From the NCBI GenBank assembly GCA_963677895.2, contig CAXXGJ010000018.1, positions 352,001 through 416,000 on the forward strand: 64,000 nucleotides of DNA, in the 5' to 3' direction. Source of the DNA: Treponemataceae bacterium. Lineage in GTDB: Bacteria; Spirochaetota; Spirochaetia; Treponematales; Rectinemataceae. Below the pieces are notes generated by a model that saw nothing but the letters and a program-made list of their open reading frames with translations, was not told the DNA's origin and searched no databases. A program made the position numbers and the translations under genes. Of the stretch, positions 10,082 through 18,962 are shown piece by piece (the stretch's first letter is position 1; the number at the start of each line of letters is the position of its first letter).

Positions 10082-11362
10082 ATGATAGATGATGAGACAT
10101 ATAATTGTTATGTTAACTTATTACGTGATGAATTAATTCCTGCACTGGGATGTACTGAACCAATTGCTATTGCATATGCTGCTGCAGTTGCTAGGAAATA
10201 TCTTGTGACAATGCCTGATATTGCTGAAATTCGATGTTCTGGTAACATTATAAAAAATGTAAAAGGAGTGAAAGTTCCTAATACTAATGGGGAAAAAGGT
10301 ATTGATATTGCTGCTCTTGCTGGTTTTATTGGAGGTAATCCATCAAAAGGACTTCAAGTACTAGACGAGCTTGATGATAAGCATCGTAGTGAGATTAATA
10401 GGCTTGCTAAAACAAAAATGTGTACAATAAAACATATTGAAGGTAAAGAAAATTTATTTATCAATATCGTTGCTTCTTCAGGATGCAATACAGTAGAAGT
10501 AAAGATAGAGGAATCTCATACAAATATTACATATATTTCGTATAATGGAAAAATCATTGTTGGTTCGGATTATGTTGTATTAAAAAGGCATAATAATAAT
10601 GCTACAATTATTAATAATATGAATATAAAAAAAATTCTAGAATTTGCAGATATTGTACTTATTAAAGATATTGAAAATATTATATTACCACAGATAGTAT
10701 TGAACAGTAATATTTCTGATGAAGGACTAAAAAATTCTTATGGTGTATCAGTTGGAAAAACTATCTTAAAATATCGTGGAAAGGACTTGCGAACTAGAGC
10801 TATCGCTAAAGCAGCAGCCGGGAGTGATGCCCGTATGAGCGGTAGCTCACTTCCAGTGGTAATTAATTCAGGGAGTGGTAATCAGGGAATGACTGTAAGC
10901 CTTCCTGTGATAGAATATGCAAAAGATATGAAAGTCAGTAAAGATAAACTATATAGAGCTCTCATCGTAAGTAATTTAGTTGCGATACATCAAAAAAAAT
11001 ATATTGGTAAGCTATCAGCATTTTGTGGAGCAGTATGTGCTGCTTGCGGAAGCGGAGCAGGTATCGCATATATTCATAATAAAAGTTATAAAATAATAAC
11101 AGATACTATTACTAATACAATCGCAAATATTGGTGGTATGGTATGTGATGGTGCAAAACCTTCTTGTGCAGCTAAAATAGCCTCTGCAGTAGAAGCATCA
11201 CTATTGGCATATGAATTAGCGACTGAAAATAAAGCTTTTGCTTCAGGAGAAGGAATTGTTGATAATGATGTTGAAGGCACTATAAAGAATATCGGAGAAA
11301 TTGCAAAAATAGGTATGCTAACTACTGATAAAGAAATATTAAGAATAATGATAAGTGGATAG
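10082..11362 (+). CDS. L-cysteine desulfidase / serine dehydratase-alpha family (YhaM/CdsB-like)
   Basis: PALGCTEP, AAAGSDARMSG, SGSGNQG, CDGAKPSCA motifs. Confidence 0.88.
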   Translation: MIDDETYNCYVNLLRDELIPALGCTEPIAIAYAAAVARKYLVTMPDIAEIRCSGNIIKNVKGVKVPNTNGEKGIDIAALAGFIGGNPSKGLQVLDELDDKHRSEINRLAKTKMCTIKHIEGKENLFINIVASSGCNTVEVKIEESHTNITYISYNGKIIVGSDYVVLKRHNNNATIINNMNIKKILEFADIVLIKDIENIILPQIVLNSNISDEGLKNSYGVSVGKTILKYRGKDLRTRAIAKAAAGSDARMSGSSLPVVINSGSGNQGMTVSLPVIEYAKDMKVSKDKLYRALIVSNLVAIHQKKYIGKLSAFCGAVCAACGSGAGIAYIHNKSYKIITDTITNTIANIGGMVCDGAKPSCAAKIASAVEASLLAYELATENKAFASGEGIVDNDVEGTIKNIGEIAKIGMLTTDKEILRIMISG

Positions 11363-11596
11363 AATATTTTATTTGAATTAAAGGAACCGCATCGGATAAA
11401 TAATTAGGTTATAAAAGCTTAAAAGAGTATAATTAATATTCTTCTTGTGTTTCTCCTTCAAGATGACTGTTCCTTAACGCTCAGTGAAGAAATATTTGAT
11501 GAGTAAAATATATTTAATGAATAGTAAGCGTCCAATTCTGCCCATGAGGACAAGTTAAAAAAATCGAATATCCTTCCTGAAATGGAGGGATAAACA

Positions 11597-11941
11597 ATGT
11601 ACCTAAAAAAGGATCGGACCATTTACCTCGTCGCCGGGATTACCGATATGCGAAAACAAATCAATGGACTTTCGGCAATCGCGCAAGACAAGCAACCAGA
11701 AGAAGTCTTCTCAGGGTCGTACTTTGTATTTCTCGGGAAGACTAGAAAAGTCATGAAGATTCTTTACTGGGACAAAAGTGGTTTCTGCATGTGGATCAAA
11801 AGACTCGAAGAAGAAACCTTTCCTTGGACGCGAAAACAGAACGGTGTTATAGAAATAGAACGCGATAAATTCAAGCTTCTTATAAAGGGAATTGACATAT
11901 TCAGAGAGCATCGAAAGCTCGAATATTCCGCGGTAGCATAA
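11597..11941 (+). CDS. tnpB: IS66 accessory protein TnpB
   Basis: TDMRK.INGL and KILYWD..GF.MW.KRLE motifs. Confidence 0.93.
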   Translation: MYLKKDRTIYLVAGITDMRKQINGLSAIAQDKQPEEVFSGSYFVFLGKTRKVMKILYWDKSGFCMWIKRLEEETFPWTRKQNGVIEIERDKFKLLIKGIDIFREHRKLEYSAVA

Positions 11942-11987
11942 GCGATTCAAGGCTGAAAATAGGGCATTTCATGCTATACTGCAGAGC

Positions 11988-13568
11988 ATGGTGAGCGTGT
12001 TAGAAAACCTTCCTGACGATGTGGCCAGTCTCAAGAAACTGGTCAGGGAAATGGCGGCCGAACATACGAAGGAAGTCCATGAACTGCAGAGCAGGCTCTC
12101 CCTTGAACAGGAAAAGTACGCCGCATTACAGCGCCTGATATTCGGACCAAAGAGCGAGAAACACCAAAAAGAGAATCCTAAACAGGATCTGCTGTTCAAC
12201 GAAGCCGAAACGTTCTTCAATATCCCCGATCGAAAACCAGCCACGATAATGGTTGGCGCTCATGAGCGGAAGAAATCGGGAAGGAAACATTTTCCGGATA
12301 CGCTCGAACACAATGAAATCGTGCATGAAATGAGCAGAGAACAACGCACTTGCCCGTCCTGTGGTTCTTTACGGCCAGAAATCGGTGAAGAGCGTACGGA
12401 AGAATTAAGGCTTATTCCCGCCAAGGCAGTGGTTGACGTTCATGTCATGAAGAAATACGGACCTTGCCCCTGCAAAGAATGCAAGGGTACCGAAAAGACT
12501 CCGATTATTCAGGCTCCAGGACCTGCAAAGATCGTCCCCGGTTCGAGATTCTCGAACGGAACGATCGCCTTCTTCCTGACGAGCAAATTTGTCGACGCCC
12601 AGCCCTTCTACCGGATGGAAGGAATCCTTTCCCGCTGGGGCATAGACACGGGACGTTCAACCTTGTGTTCCCTTGCCATGAACGCTGGCCGTGCGGTGGG
12701 CGATCTTGTCCAGGCGATCAGGGATGACATAAAAGTATCGCCGGTGATCGGGATGGATGAAACGCCATTACAGGTGCTGCACGAAAAGAATCGAAGCGCG
12801 ACGGCGAAGTCGTATATGTGGGTAGCGTCGGGATTCAAGGATACCAAGCGGCTTTTGTTTTTTCACTACCACCCGACGAGATCGGGCAATGTGGTAACTG
12901 AATTCTTAAAGGGCTATTCAGGCTATCTTCAAACGGACGGCTATTCAGGGTATTTGCCGATAGGCGAAGCTCCGGGAATCGTCCATGTGGGCTGCATGGC
13001 GCATATCCGACGGAAGTTCTACGACGCGGACAAGATCGCAGGCGGTTCAGGAGACGCTGCTGATATGCTCTCGATGATCGGAGCGTTCTACCATAACGAA
13101 GCGCTTCTACGACAACGGTATGAGAGCAAAGCGCTCGATGAAGCCGCATTCCTTTCAGAACGGAAACGACTGCAAGAGCCACAGCTTACGGCGATCCATG
13201 AGTGGCTCACCTCACGAAGCCTAAGCGTGGCGCCTTCGAGCAGTCTGGGTAAAGCGATTTCTTATGCACTGGGGCAATGGGAACGCGCGATTCGCTATCT
13301 TGATCATGTGCTTTTGACACCTGACAACAATGCCGTCGAGAACGCGATCCGGCCCTTTGTCCTAGGTAGAAAGAATTGGCTTTTTTCAAACACGCCGTCA
13401 GGAGCTCATACGAGCGCGGGACTTTACAGCCTGATAGAAACGGCAAAGGCCAATGGGCATGAGCCGTATAAATATCTTTGTTACCTATTCGACATGCTTC
13501 CGAGAGCCACGACGCTTGATGAAAAGCTTGCGCTCCTTCCGTACCGGCTTGATCCTATGGCCTACTAA
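11988..13568 (+). CDS. tnpC: IS66 transposase TnpC
   Basis: FGPKSE, CPSCG zinc finger, DETP, TDGY, CMAHIRRKF, NNAVENAIR. Confidence 0.95.
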   Translation: MVSVLENLPDDVASLKKLVREMAAEHTKEVHELQSRLSLEQEKYAALQRLIFGPKSEKHQKENPKQDLLFNEAETFFNIPDRKPATIMVGAHERKKSGRKHFPDTLEHNEIVHEMSREQRTCPSCGSLRPEIGEERTEELRLIPAKAVVDVHVMKKYGPCPCKECKGTEKTPIIQAPGPAKIVPGSRFSNGTIAFFLTSKFVDAQPFYRMEGILSRWGIDTGRSTLCSLAMNAGRAVGDLVQAIRDDIKVSPVIGMDETPLQVLHEKNRSATAKSYMWVASGFKDTKRLLFFHYHPTRSGNVVTEFLKGYSGYLQTDGYSGYLPIGEAPGIVHVGCMAHIRRKFYDADKIAGGSGDAADMLSMIGAFYHNEALLRQRYESKALDEAAFLSERKRLQEPQLTAIHEWLTSRSLSVAPSSSLGKAISYALGQWERAIRYLDHVLLTPDNNAVENAIRPFVLGRKNWLFSNTPSGAHTSAGLYSLIETAKANGHEPYKYLCYLFDMLPRATTLDEKLALLPYRLDPMAY

Positions 13569-13638
13569 GCTCCCGTCAAGACGGGGAGAATTGGACGCTT
13601 ACAATGAATATGAAAATTATCACAGGTTCTAAAATTGA

Positions 13639-13751
13639 GAGCCTGTAAATATTTTTGTGTAAACGGCTCGATTCATAACGGCACCCTGTTGCCATAGAGA
13701 ATTATGCTGGGCCCTCAGATCAAGACCAAAAACAGCTAACGAATAAGGTGG
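13639..13751. mobile_element. Short IS-end remnants between IS66 and IS3
   Basis: GAGCCTGTAAATATTTTTGTGTAAA resembles an IS256-family end; 13705-13751 matches the reverse complement of 36083-36130. Confidence 0.4.
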
Positions 13752-13831
13752 GTGATCTGCCACCCGAAAACTGGACACTCATAATGTCAATAATCGCATT
13801 TTAATGCGATACTACAGGAAGGAGCGGTCCA

Positions 13832-14059
13832 ATGAAGAAATCGAGCTTCACCGATGAGCAAATTGCCTTTGCCCTGAAGCAAGCGGAAACCGGCACCCCC
13901 GTCGCTGATATCATCCGGAAGATGGAGATCAGCGAACAGACCTTCTACCGGTGGAAGAAGAAGTACGCAGGGCTGCTACCCAGTGAACTGAAACGTTTGC
14001 GGCAGCTCGAAGATGAAAACAAGCACATGCTGCAGGAGGTGCTGTCAAAAAAAGCCTGA
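13832..14059 (+). CDS. IS3 OrfA, 13 aa shorter than copy 2
   Basis: [16 protein letters not shown]; 39-bp deletion between ACAAGC repeats relative to 34886-35152. Confidence 0.85.
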   Translation: MKKSSFTDEQIAFALKQAETGTPVADIIRKMEISEQTFYRWKKKYAGLLPSELKRLRQLEDENKHMLQEVLSKKA

Positions 14060-14079
14060 CGCTTGCCCGGAAGCATGAG

Positions 14080-14895
14080 TTGGTCGACAACCTTGTTGCC
14101 ACCTACCGGGTAAGCATCAGGACCGCCTGTAAGGTCCTATTGCTCAACCGTGCAACCTATTACTACAAGCCCCATCCTGATGATCAGGAAGTCTTGCGGA
14201 TGAAGATTCGCGATTACGCTACGACGCGGGTGAAGTATGGCTATCGAAGGATCCATGTACTTCTGCAACGCGAAGGCTTGAAGATAAACAGAAAGCGCGT
14301 CTACCGTCTTTACTGTCTAGAAAACCTCAACATGCGGCTCAAATCACGAAGAAAGCAGGTGGCGAGGCCTCGAATAGAACTGGTAAAAGAGAGTCGAGCT
14401 AACGAGGTATGGGCAATGGATTTCGTCTCAGACCAGCTTTTCAATGGAAAGTGGTTCAGGACTTTGACGGTCGTTGATGTTTTCACCCGGGAATGCCTTT
14501 GTACTCATATAGGCCAATCGATGAAGGGCACGGATGTGGTCCAGGCGTTGGAACGATTGTGTATTCATCGGCAAAAACCATCCGCAATTCGAGTCGACAA
14601 TGGGCCTGAATTCGTTTCGAAGGAACTTGATCTTTGGGCTTACCAGAAAGGCATTGGGCTTGTGTTTTCCCGCCCTGGTAAACCTACAGACAACGCGTAC
14701 ATCGAATCTTTCAACGGGAGTTTCAGGGAAGAATGCCTTCAGACACACTGGTTTTTGTCCCTGGAAGATGCAAGAATCAAGATCGATACATGGCAGAAAG
14801 ACTACAATGAATTCCGGCCGCATAGTTCTCTGGGATACAAAACTCCGTCCGAGTTTGCATCTTGTGTTGATGGTCCAATTAGCCTGTTAGGCTGA
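14080..14895 (+). CDS. IS3 OrfB, DDE integrase domain (expressed by -1 frameshift)
   Basis: [25 protein letters not shown]. Confidence 0.93.
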   Translation: MVDNLVATYRVSIRTACKVLLLNRATYYYKPHPDDQEVLRMKIRDYATTRVKYGYRRIHVLLQREGLKINRKRVYRLYCLENLNMRLKSRRKQVARPRIELVKESRANEVWAMDFVSDQLFNGKWFRTLTVVDVFTRECLCTHIGQSMKGTDVVQALERLCIHRQKPSAIRVDNGPEFVSKELDLWAYQKGIGLVFSRPGKPTDNAYIESFNGSFREECLQTHWFLSLEDARIKIDTWQKDYNEFRPHSSLGYKTPSEFASCVDGPISLLG

Positions 14896-14948
14896 TTTTC
14901 TAACTTGAAAAGTGTCCAGAAACTGGGGGACCTTCAATTCCACCTTAT

Positions 14949-15119
14949 TCAGTTTCTGTAGTGGTCCTGCTCGATGGGCTCAGCATAAATCTCGGACGAA
15001 AGGGCAAACAATCTGCCCATGTAGTCTGCCACATTCGCGGCTGGCAGCGATGTAAAAGCTTTTACAGGTTCCGGAGAAGGTAAATCGCGTTTCAGGAAGA
15101 CTCTAAATCCAACAGACAT
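14949..15119 (-). pseudogene. Truncated RraA/HMG-aldolase family gene
   Basis: MSVGFRVFLKR...LPAANVADYMGR N-terminus with RBS AAGGAG; the frame breaks after about 45 codons, next to the IS3 end. Confidence 0.65.
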
Positions 15120-15262
15120 ATAAGCTCCTTTGCGTCCTTTTTGAGCTTTATCAAAAATTGAATACCTGTGGGCTTTTTCAACAAAAAAACAAGTATCATC
15201 GTATATCACTGTGATCATCTTTAATTTTTCTAGGGTTTTTTCTCATCTTCATAGCGATACCT

Positions 15263-16321
15263 TCAGGCGCTAGTTTCGAAAAATGCTAAGCAAGGATTGC
15301 CAATAGCTGTCCAAAGTTGATTGTCTTCTACAATGATTATACTTGAATAGACAGTAAGACTGCCCTTTCCATCTTCATGCCTACAAATAGAGTTACATGG
15401 TCCATTTTCATGATCAGAAGCAATCTGTAGCATATCTTGAAAACGTAATGATCCACGTTTTAGTTGAAGCATCTCCATAGCTCTATCAAAGCGCGAATAG
15501 GTTGATGGATAATCCTTGTGGCTAGGGTTATATTTTTGTAGATCTGGGGAGTGGAAATGGTTGGTCCGGACCAATAAGCCATTTTCTTGTTCAATAATGC
15601 AGCATTGATTTTCTGTGGTTTCCACAACAACTGCCTTTTGATTATCAACTAATAATAAATTGGATCTTGTTACTTTATAAGGATTCTTGTCCCTAAGATA
15701 TGCTAAAGCATCATCTACATTCTTACAAATACGGAGCAGTGTATGAGGAGTAAAAGTAAATGCAAGATGTCCAATCAATTCTAAATCTAAGGGAATCCGT
15801 GTTGGACCAACTCCGGTTGTAGTTAGTGCAAATCCGTGATTATTTATACCGCTTCCTGGGAATGTGATACTTCCTGCCATATCTACTTCGGTAATCCTTG
15901 TTCCGTCGCTGAATTCTCGACTAAGTACTACATGAAGGACACGGTCATGCATATCACGGTTTTTTATAATATAGGTCTTTTTATCCAAGGTTGCAGAGCT
16001 ACTTGCAACTATTGCACTACACTCTTCAGAAGCCCTCATGCGCTCAGTAAAAGAGGAAAAATTGGCATTAAGTAACTTTATATCATATAAAGGGAGCTCG
16101 GAACCTTCAGCAATGCCGTTAATCTCTTCCTCAATTTCAGGGTTGTTTGAGAATACATTAGAAAAGAATTGATCAATCACTGAGTTATAGATAGCGAAAT
16201 CAACTCTTTTAGTTTTTAAAGAAGATTTTATAATTTCAATGTTCGTTTCGATCTGTTCTTTTGCTGACCGCCCATGAATCAATCCTTGCTCATAATAGGA
16301 ACCCAATAACTTGATTTCCAT
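15263..16321 (-). CDS. Peptidase C45 family (acyl-CoA:6-APA acyltransferase-like, Ntn hydrolase)
   Basis: G..HG, EI.GIAEG, ECSA autoproteolytic Cys, KNRD, GINNHG, RTNHF. Confidence 0.85.
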   Translation of the reverse strand: MEIKLLGSYYEQGLIHGRSAKEQIETNIEIIKSSLKTKRVDFAIYNSVIDQFFSNVFSNNPEIEEEINGIAEGSELPLYDIKLLNANFSSFTERMRASEECSAIVASSSATLDKKTYIIKNRDMHDRVLHVVLSREFSDGTRITEVDMAGSITFPGSGINNHGFALTTTGVGPTRIPLDLELIGHLAFTFTPHTLLRICKNVDDALAYLRDKNPYKVTRSNLLLVDNQKAVVVETTENQCCIIEQENGLLVRTNHFHSPDLQKYNPSHKDYPSTYSRFDRAMEMLQLKRGSLRFQDMLQIASDHENGPCNSICRHEDGKGSLTVYSSIIIVEDNQLWTAIGNPCLAFFETSA

Positions 16322-16758
16322 ATACTTCGCACCCTCCCAAGTAACTGATGTTCAGCTTTAAAATGTCGGATAAACAAATAATACAATTTACTAATAGTAC
16401 ATGTTCTCTACATTGTCAATGGTAATAACGAGACTTGGACTATTTGGGTTACATTCTCTCAGTTCAGCAGGATTTATTGAATATTAATGGGTGAAATAGT
16501 ACAGTCTATTTTAAATCAAAATTATCATGTCTCTAATAATACTTAATAATTTATTAAAATAGATGCAGTATGATGTCTATTCTAACACTTAGTCTATTTA
16601 ATTGTTTACTTCATAAGTTGCCTTACTACTCATTATTAACAATGCTGTTTAAAATTGTTGCATTTTCATATCGACCTGTAACTTAATTTGATTTCTCGAT
16701 TTCAATCTAAAACCTTGTATTAAGGAAAGCTATTGTTATTATTATTGATGAACTGGGG

Positions 16759-16786
16759 TTGACGAGTAACAATCTTTTGATATAAT
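16759..16786 (+). promoter_or_regulatory. sigma70-type promoter
   Basis: TTGACG-16 bp-TATAAT upstream of the RpiR gene. Confidence 0.55.
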
Positions 16787-16841
16787 CAATTGTAGAGGAT
16801 AGTGTCAATAATAATCTTAAGAGAAACGATCTTGAAGGCAT

Positions 16842-17702
16842 ATGATGAAAATTGAAGAAAGAATAAAAAACGCACGTTTGACGAAAAAAGCAAAGATAAT
16901 AACACAATTCCTGCTTGATCACCCTTCAGAAGCAGCGTTTATGTCAGCTACTAGTATAGCAAAAAAACTCAATGTCAGCGATGTTATGGTGATTCGCTTG
17001 GCTCGTACACTCGGTTACGATGGCTATTACTCTATGCAAAAGGATCTGCAACAGAAAATGATTGCAGAAATGGAGACAGCTCGAAAAAGGAAACCTTCAC
17101 TTTCAGAAAAAATTATCCATATTGGTAAAGAGCAGGACCAGAGTATCTCCGATATGACTTTGAGCAAAACATGGGAAAATTTGCAGGAGACTGTGTGGAA
17201 AAATCCTGATAGTAAATATGTTGATGCTGCAAAGATCCTGAGAAGCAGCCGTAAAAAATATATTGTTGGCTTTCGAGCAAGCGCTGCGATGGCGTTATAC
17301 CTTAGTATAAAGATGAGGTTCGTCTCTGATGATGTCATTACCCTAATGAATGCTGATCCAAATGAAGTGGATCAATTGTATAGTATGCAAGAGGAAGATT
17401 GCCTTGTTGTTTTTTCAATGGGACGATATCCGAGGATGTCGCTTTTTGCCATTGAGATTGCAAAAAAGCGCCGTGCTAAAATTATTGTCATTACCGAAAA
17501 AGAAACATCGCCTGCTGCTTTTGGAGTCGATATCGTTTTTATTGCTAAAAGCGATGGACTTAGCTTTAGCGCGTATGCGGGGCCATTGATTACGTGCGAA
17601 ATCTTAGTCACACATTTAGCAAAAGAAACTTGGCCTCTTCGTGAACTTAGGATTGCAGAGATAGATGAGGAGTATAGTCAGATGAATTTCTTTTTGACAT
17701 AA
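16842..17702 (+). CDS. MurR/RpiR family transcriptional regulator
   Basis: N-terminal HTH (IAKKLNVS..MVIRLARTLGYDGY) and SIS domain. Confidence 0.9.
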   Translation: MMKIEERIKNARLTKKAKIITQFLLDHPSEAAFMSATSIAKKLNVSDVMVIRLARTLGYDGYYSMQKDLQQKMIAEMETARKRKPSLSEKIIHIGKEQDQSISDMTLSKTWENLQETVWKNPDSKYVDAAKILRSSRKKYIVGFRASAAMALYLSIKMRFVSDDVITLMNADPNEVDQLYSMQEEDCLVVFSMGRYPRMSLFAIEIAKKRRAKIIVITEKETSPAAFGVDIVFIAKSDGLSFSAYAGPLITCEILVTHLAKETWPLRELRIAEIDEEYSQMNFFLT

Positions 17703-17806
17703 GCATTTATATTAACTATTTTAACAAGGTCTTTTTATTCGATCCCTATTAATATTCTAAGTAAAACTGTTCATAAATTATTACTAAGCTATTTTCTTTT
17801 CAGACA

Positions 17807-18298
17807 TTAAAACACTTTTGCCATAACTACACCAGAAATCATTATCAAGACAATACCTAATCCTAGCTCGAACACTAATCCCGATACTCTCGCTCTAAGG
17901 ATTTTTGCTTCTACTTCTTCTTTGTAACTCCTCCACGATGCCTCCGAGGTTCTCAAGGCCGTCACCAGCTCCAGCTGCATTTTCTCCGATTCGGCCGATT
18001 CTATCTTCGATTTTTCGAGCGCTGTCTGCAGGGATTCCAAGTCCTTCAAGAGCGCTTCTTTCTCGCTCCTCAATGCTTTCAACTGCGCCGATAGCTCCCT
18101 CGATTCCCTCAACGCTTCGCTGGCCTCCTTCTTCAAGTCCTCGTTCAATATCTTTAATTTCTCGATCACTGAGGCCGCTTCCTGGAGGAGTGCCTGATCG
18201 TCCAAGGCTTCCCACTTTGAATCCGATGACTGCGCCCCCAATGCCCATAAGCAGAAGAGCAGCAGCAATAAAAAAGAACTTAGTCTTCTTTTCCACAT
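17807..18298 (-). CDS. Secreted coiled-coil protein with C-terminal TM (spanin-like), 163 aa
   Basis: Start MWKRRLSSFLLLLLFCLWALGA; long heptad region; C-terminal hydrophobic helix; last gene of the module. Confidence 0.55.
   Translation of the reverse strand: MWKRRLSSFLLLLLFCLWALGAQSSDSKWEALDDQALLQEAASVIEKLKILNEDLKKEASEALRESRELSAQLKALRSEKEALLKDLESLQTALEKSKIESAESEKMQLELVTALRTSEASWRSYKEEVEAKILRARVSGLVFELGLGIVLIMISGVVMAKVF
17895..18296 (-). CDS. Nested alternative-frame membrane-anchored coiled-coil protein (i-spanin-like)
   Basis: GTG start 2 nt after the ATG of the host ORF; MEKKTKFFFIAAALLLMGIGGAVIG TM followed by helical repeats. Confidence 0.45.
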   Translation of the reverse strand: MEKKTKFFFIAAALLLMGIGGAVIGFKVGSLGRSGTPPGSGLSDREIKDIERGLEEGGQRSVEGIEGAIGAVESIEERERSALEGLGIPADSARKIEDRIGRIGENAAGAGDGLENLGGIVEELQRRSRSKNP

Positions 18299-18483
18299 TC
18301 CTTTCCCTTCAACGAGGCCACAAGACCCTTTATCGATTCGAGCGTCGTATATCCCGCCAGTACGAGCACGCCGAGCATGGCCGCAATCCCTGCCCATACA
18401 CCGGTCATCTCACCGTTCAGTGCCGCCGACCCCAAGCAACCCACCGAGCAGAGTGAGTAGAGGAGGGCGAGCCCTCTCCTCAT
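18280..18483 (-). CDS. Small two-TM protein, holin-like
   Basis: 67 aa, two hydrophobic helices, charged C-tail, RBS GGAG. Confidence 0.5.
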   Translation of the reverse strand: MRRGLALLYSLCSVGCLGSAALNGEMTGVWAGIAAMLGVLVLAGYTTLESIKGLVASLKGKECGKED

Positions 18484-18524
18484 AGACCACGCTCCATCCT
18501 ATTCCTGCAGGAAGCCAGATTTCT

Positions 18525-18962
18525 TCATGCTGCCCGCCTGAAAACACGCAAGGATTCGATCTTCCCGTTCTTAACCGTTCTCGAGTTTTTTATGGGATCC
18601 CATTTCACAAGCCTGAAGTGCTGGTGCTTTATCGCCTTATCCCTACAGCATTCTATCCATTCCCAGCCCTCGACTACTCTTTCCCCAGGCTTTGCCCTGT
18701 AGTCGGCATTCTCTTTGTCGCTCCTCCATCCTCGTTCACCGGTTACCAGTTTCATTAGCCCATCCCGGTCGGCCACATAACAATTGTCGGGGTTGTCCCT
18801 GTTCTCCTCGTCGTACTCGATGAAGCCCCGCCTTATCCCTTCCAGGATCAGGTTTACCGCCTCACCCTCCGTCAGCCCGGGCTTCCCCAGTTCGCAGATG
18901 CACAGTGCCAGGCAGGCTCCTTCCCCCAATTCGGCAAGGAAGGTCTGTATGCCTTCCCTCAT
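18525..18962 (-). CDS. Phage lysis-region protein (DUF261-like, possible Cys/His hydrolase)
   Basis: GIQT...LGEGACLALC N-terminus; HF...WDP..NSRTVKNG C-terminus; position in the lysis block. Confidence 0.45.
   Translation of the reverse strand: MREGIQTFLAELGEGACLALCICELGKPGLTEGEAVNLILEGIRRGFIEYDEENRDNPDNCYVADRDGLMKLVTGERGWRSDKENADYRAKPGERVVEGWEWIECCRDKAIKHQHFRLVKWDPIKNSRTVKNGKIESLRVFRRAA

Larger units (their letters stand above)
11524..13602 (+). mobile_element. IS66-family element, copy 1 (2079 bp)
   Basis: Ends GTAAGCGTCCAATTCT / AGAATTGGACGCTTAC; 8-bp target duplication AATGAATA (11516-11523, 13603-13610). Confidence 0.95.
13753..14936 (+). mobile_element. IS3-family element, copy 1 (orfA has an in-frame deletion)
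   Basis: TG...CA ends (TGATCTGCCACCCGAAAACTGGACAC / GTGTCCAGAAACTGGGGGACCTTCA); orfA/orfB with A7G slippery site. Confidence 0.92.

Noticed and set aside
11597..11941. TnpB as an RNA-guided nuclease
   Set aside because: This is the 114-aa IS66 accessory TnpB, unrelated to IS200/IS605 TnpB; no RuvC motifs.
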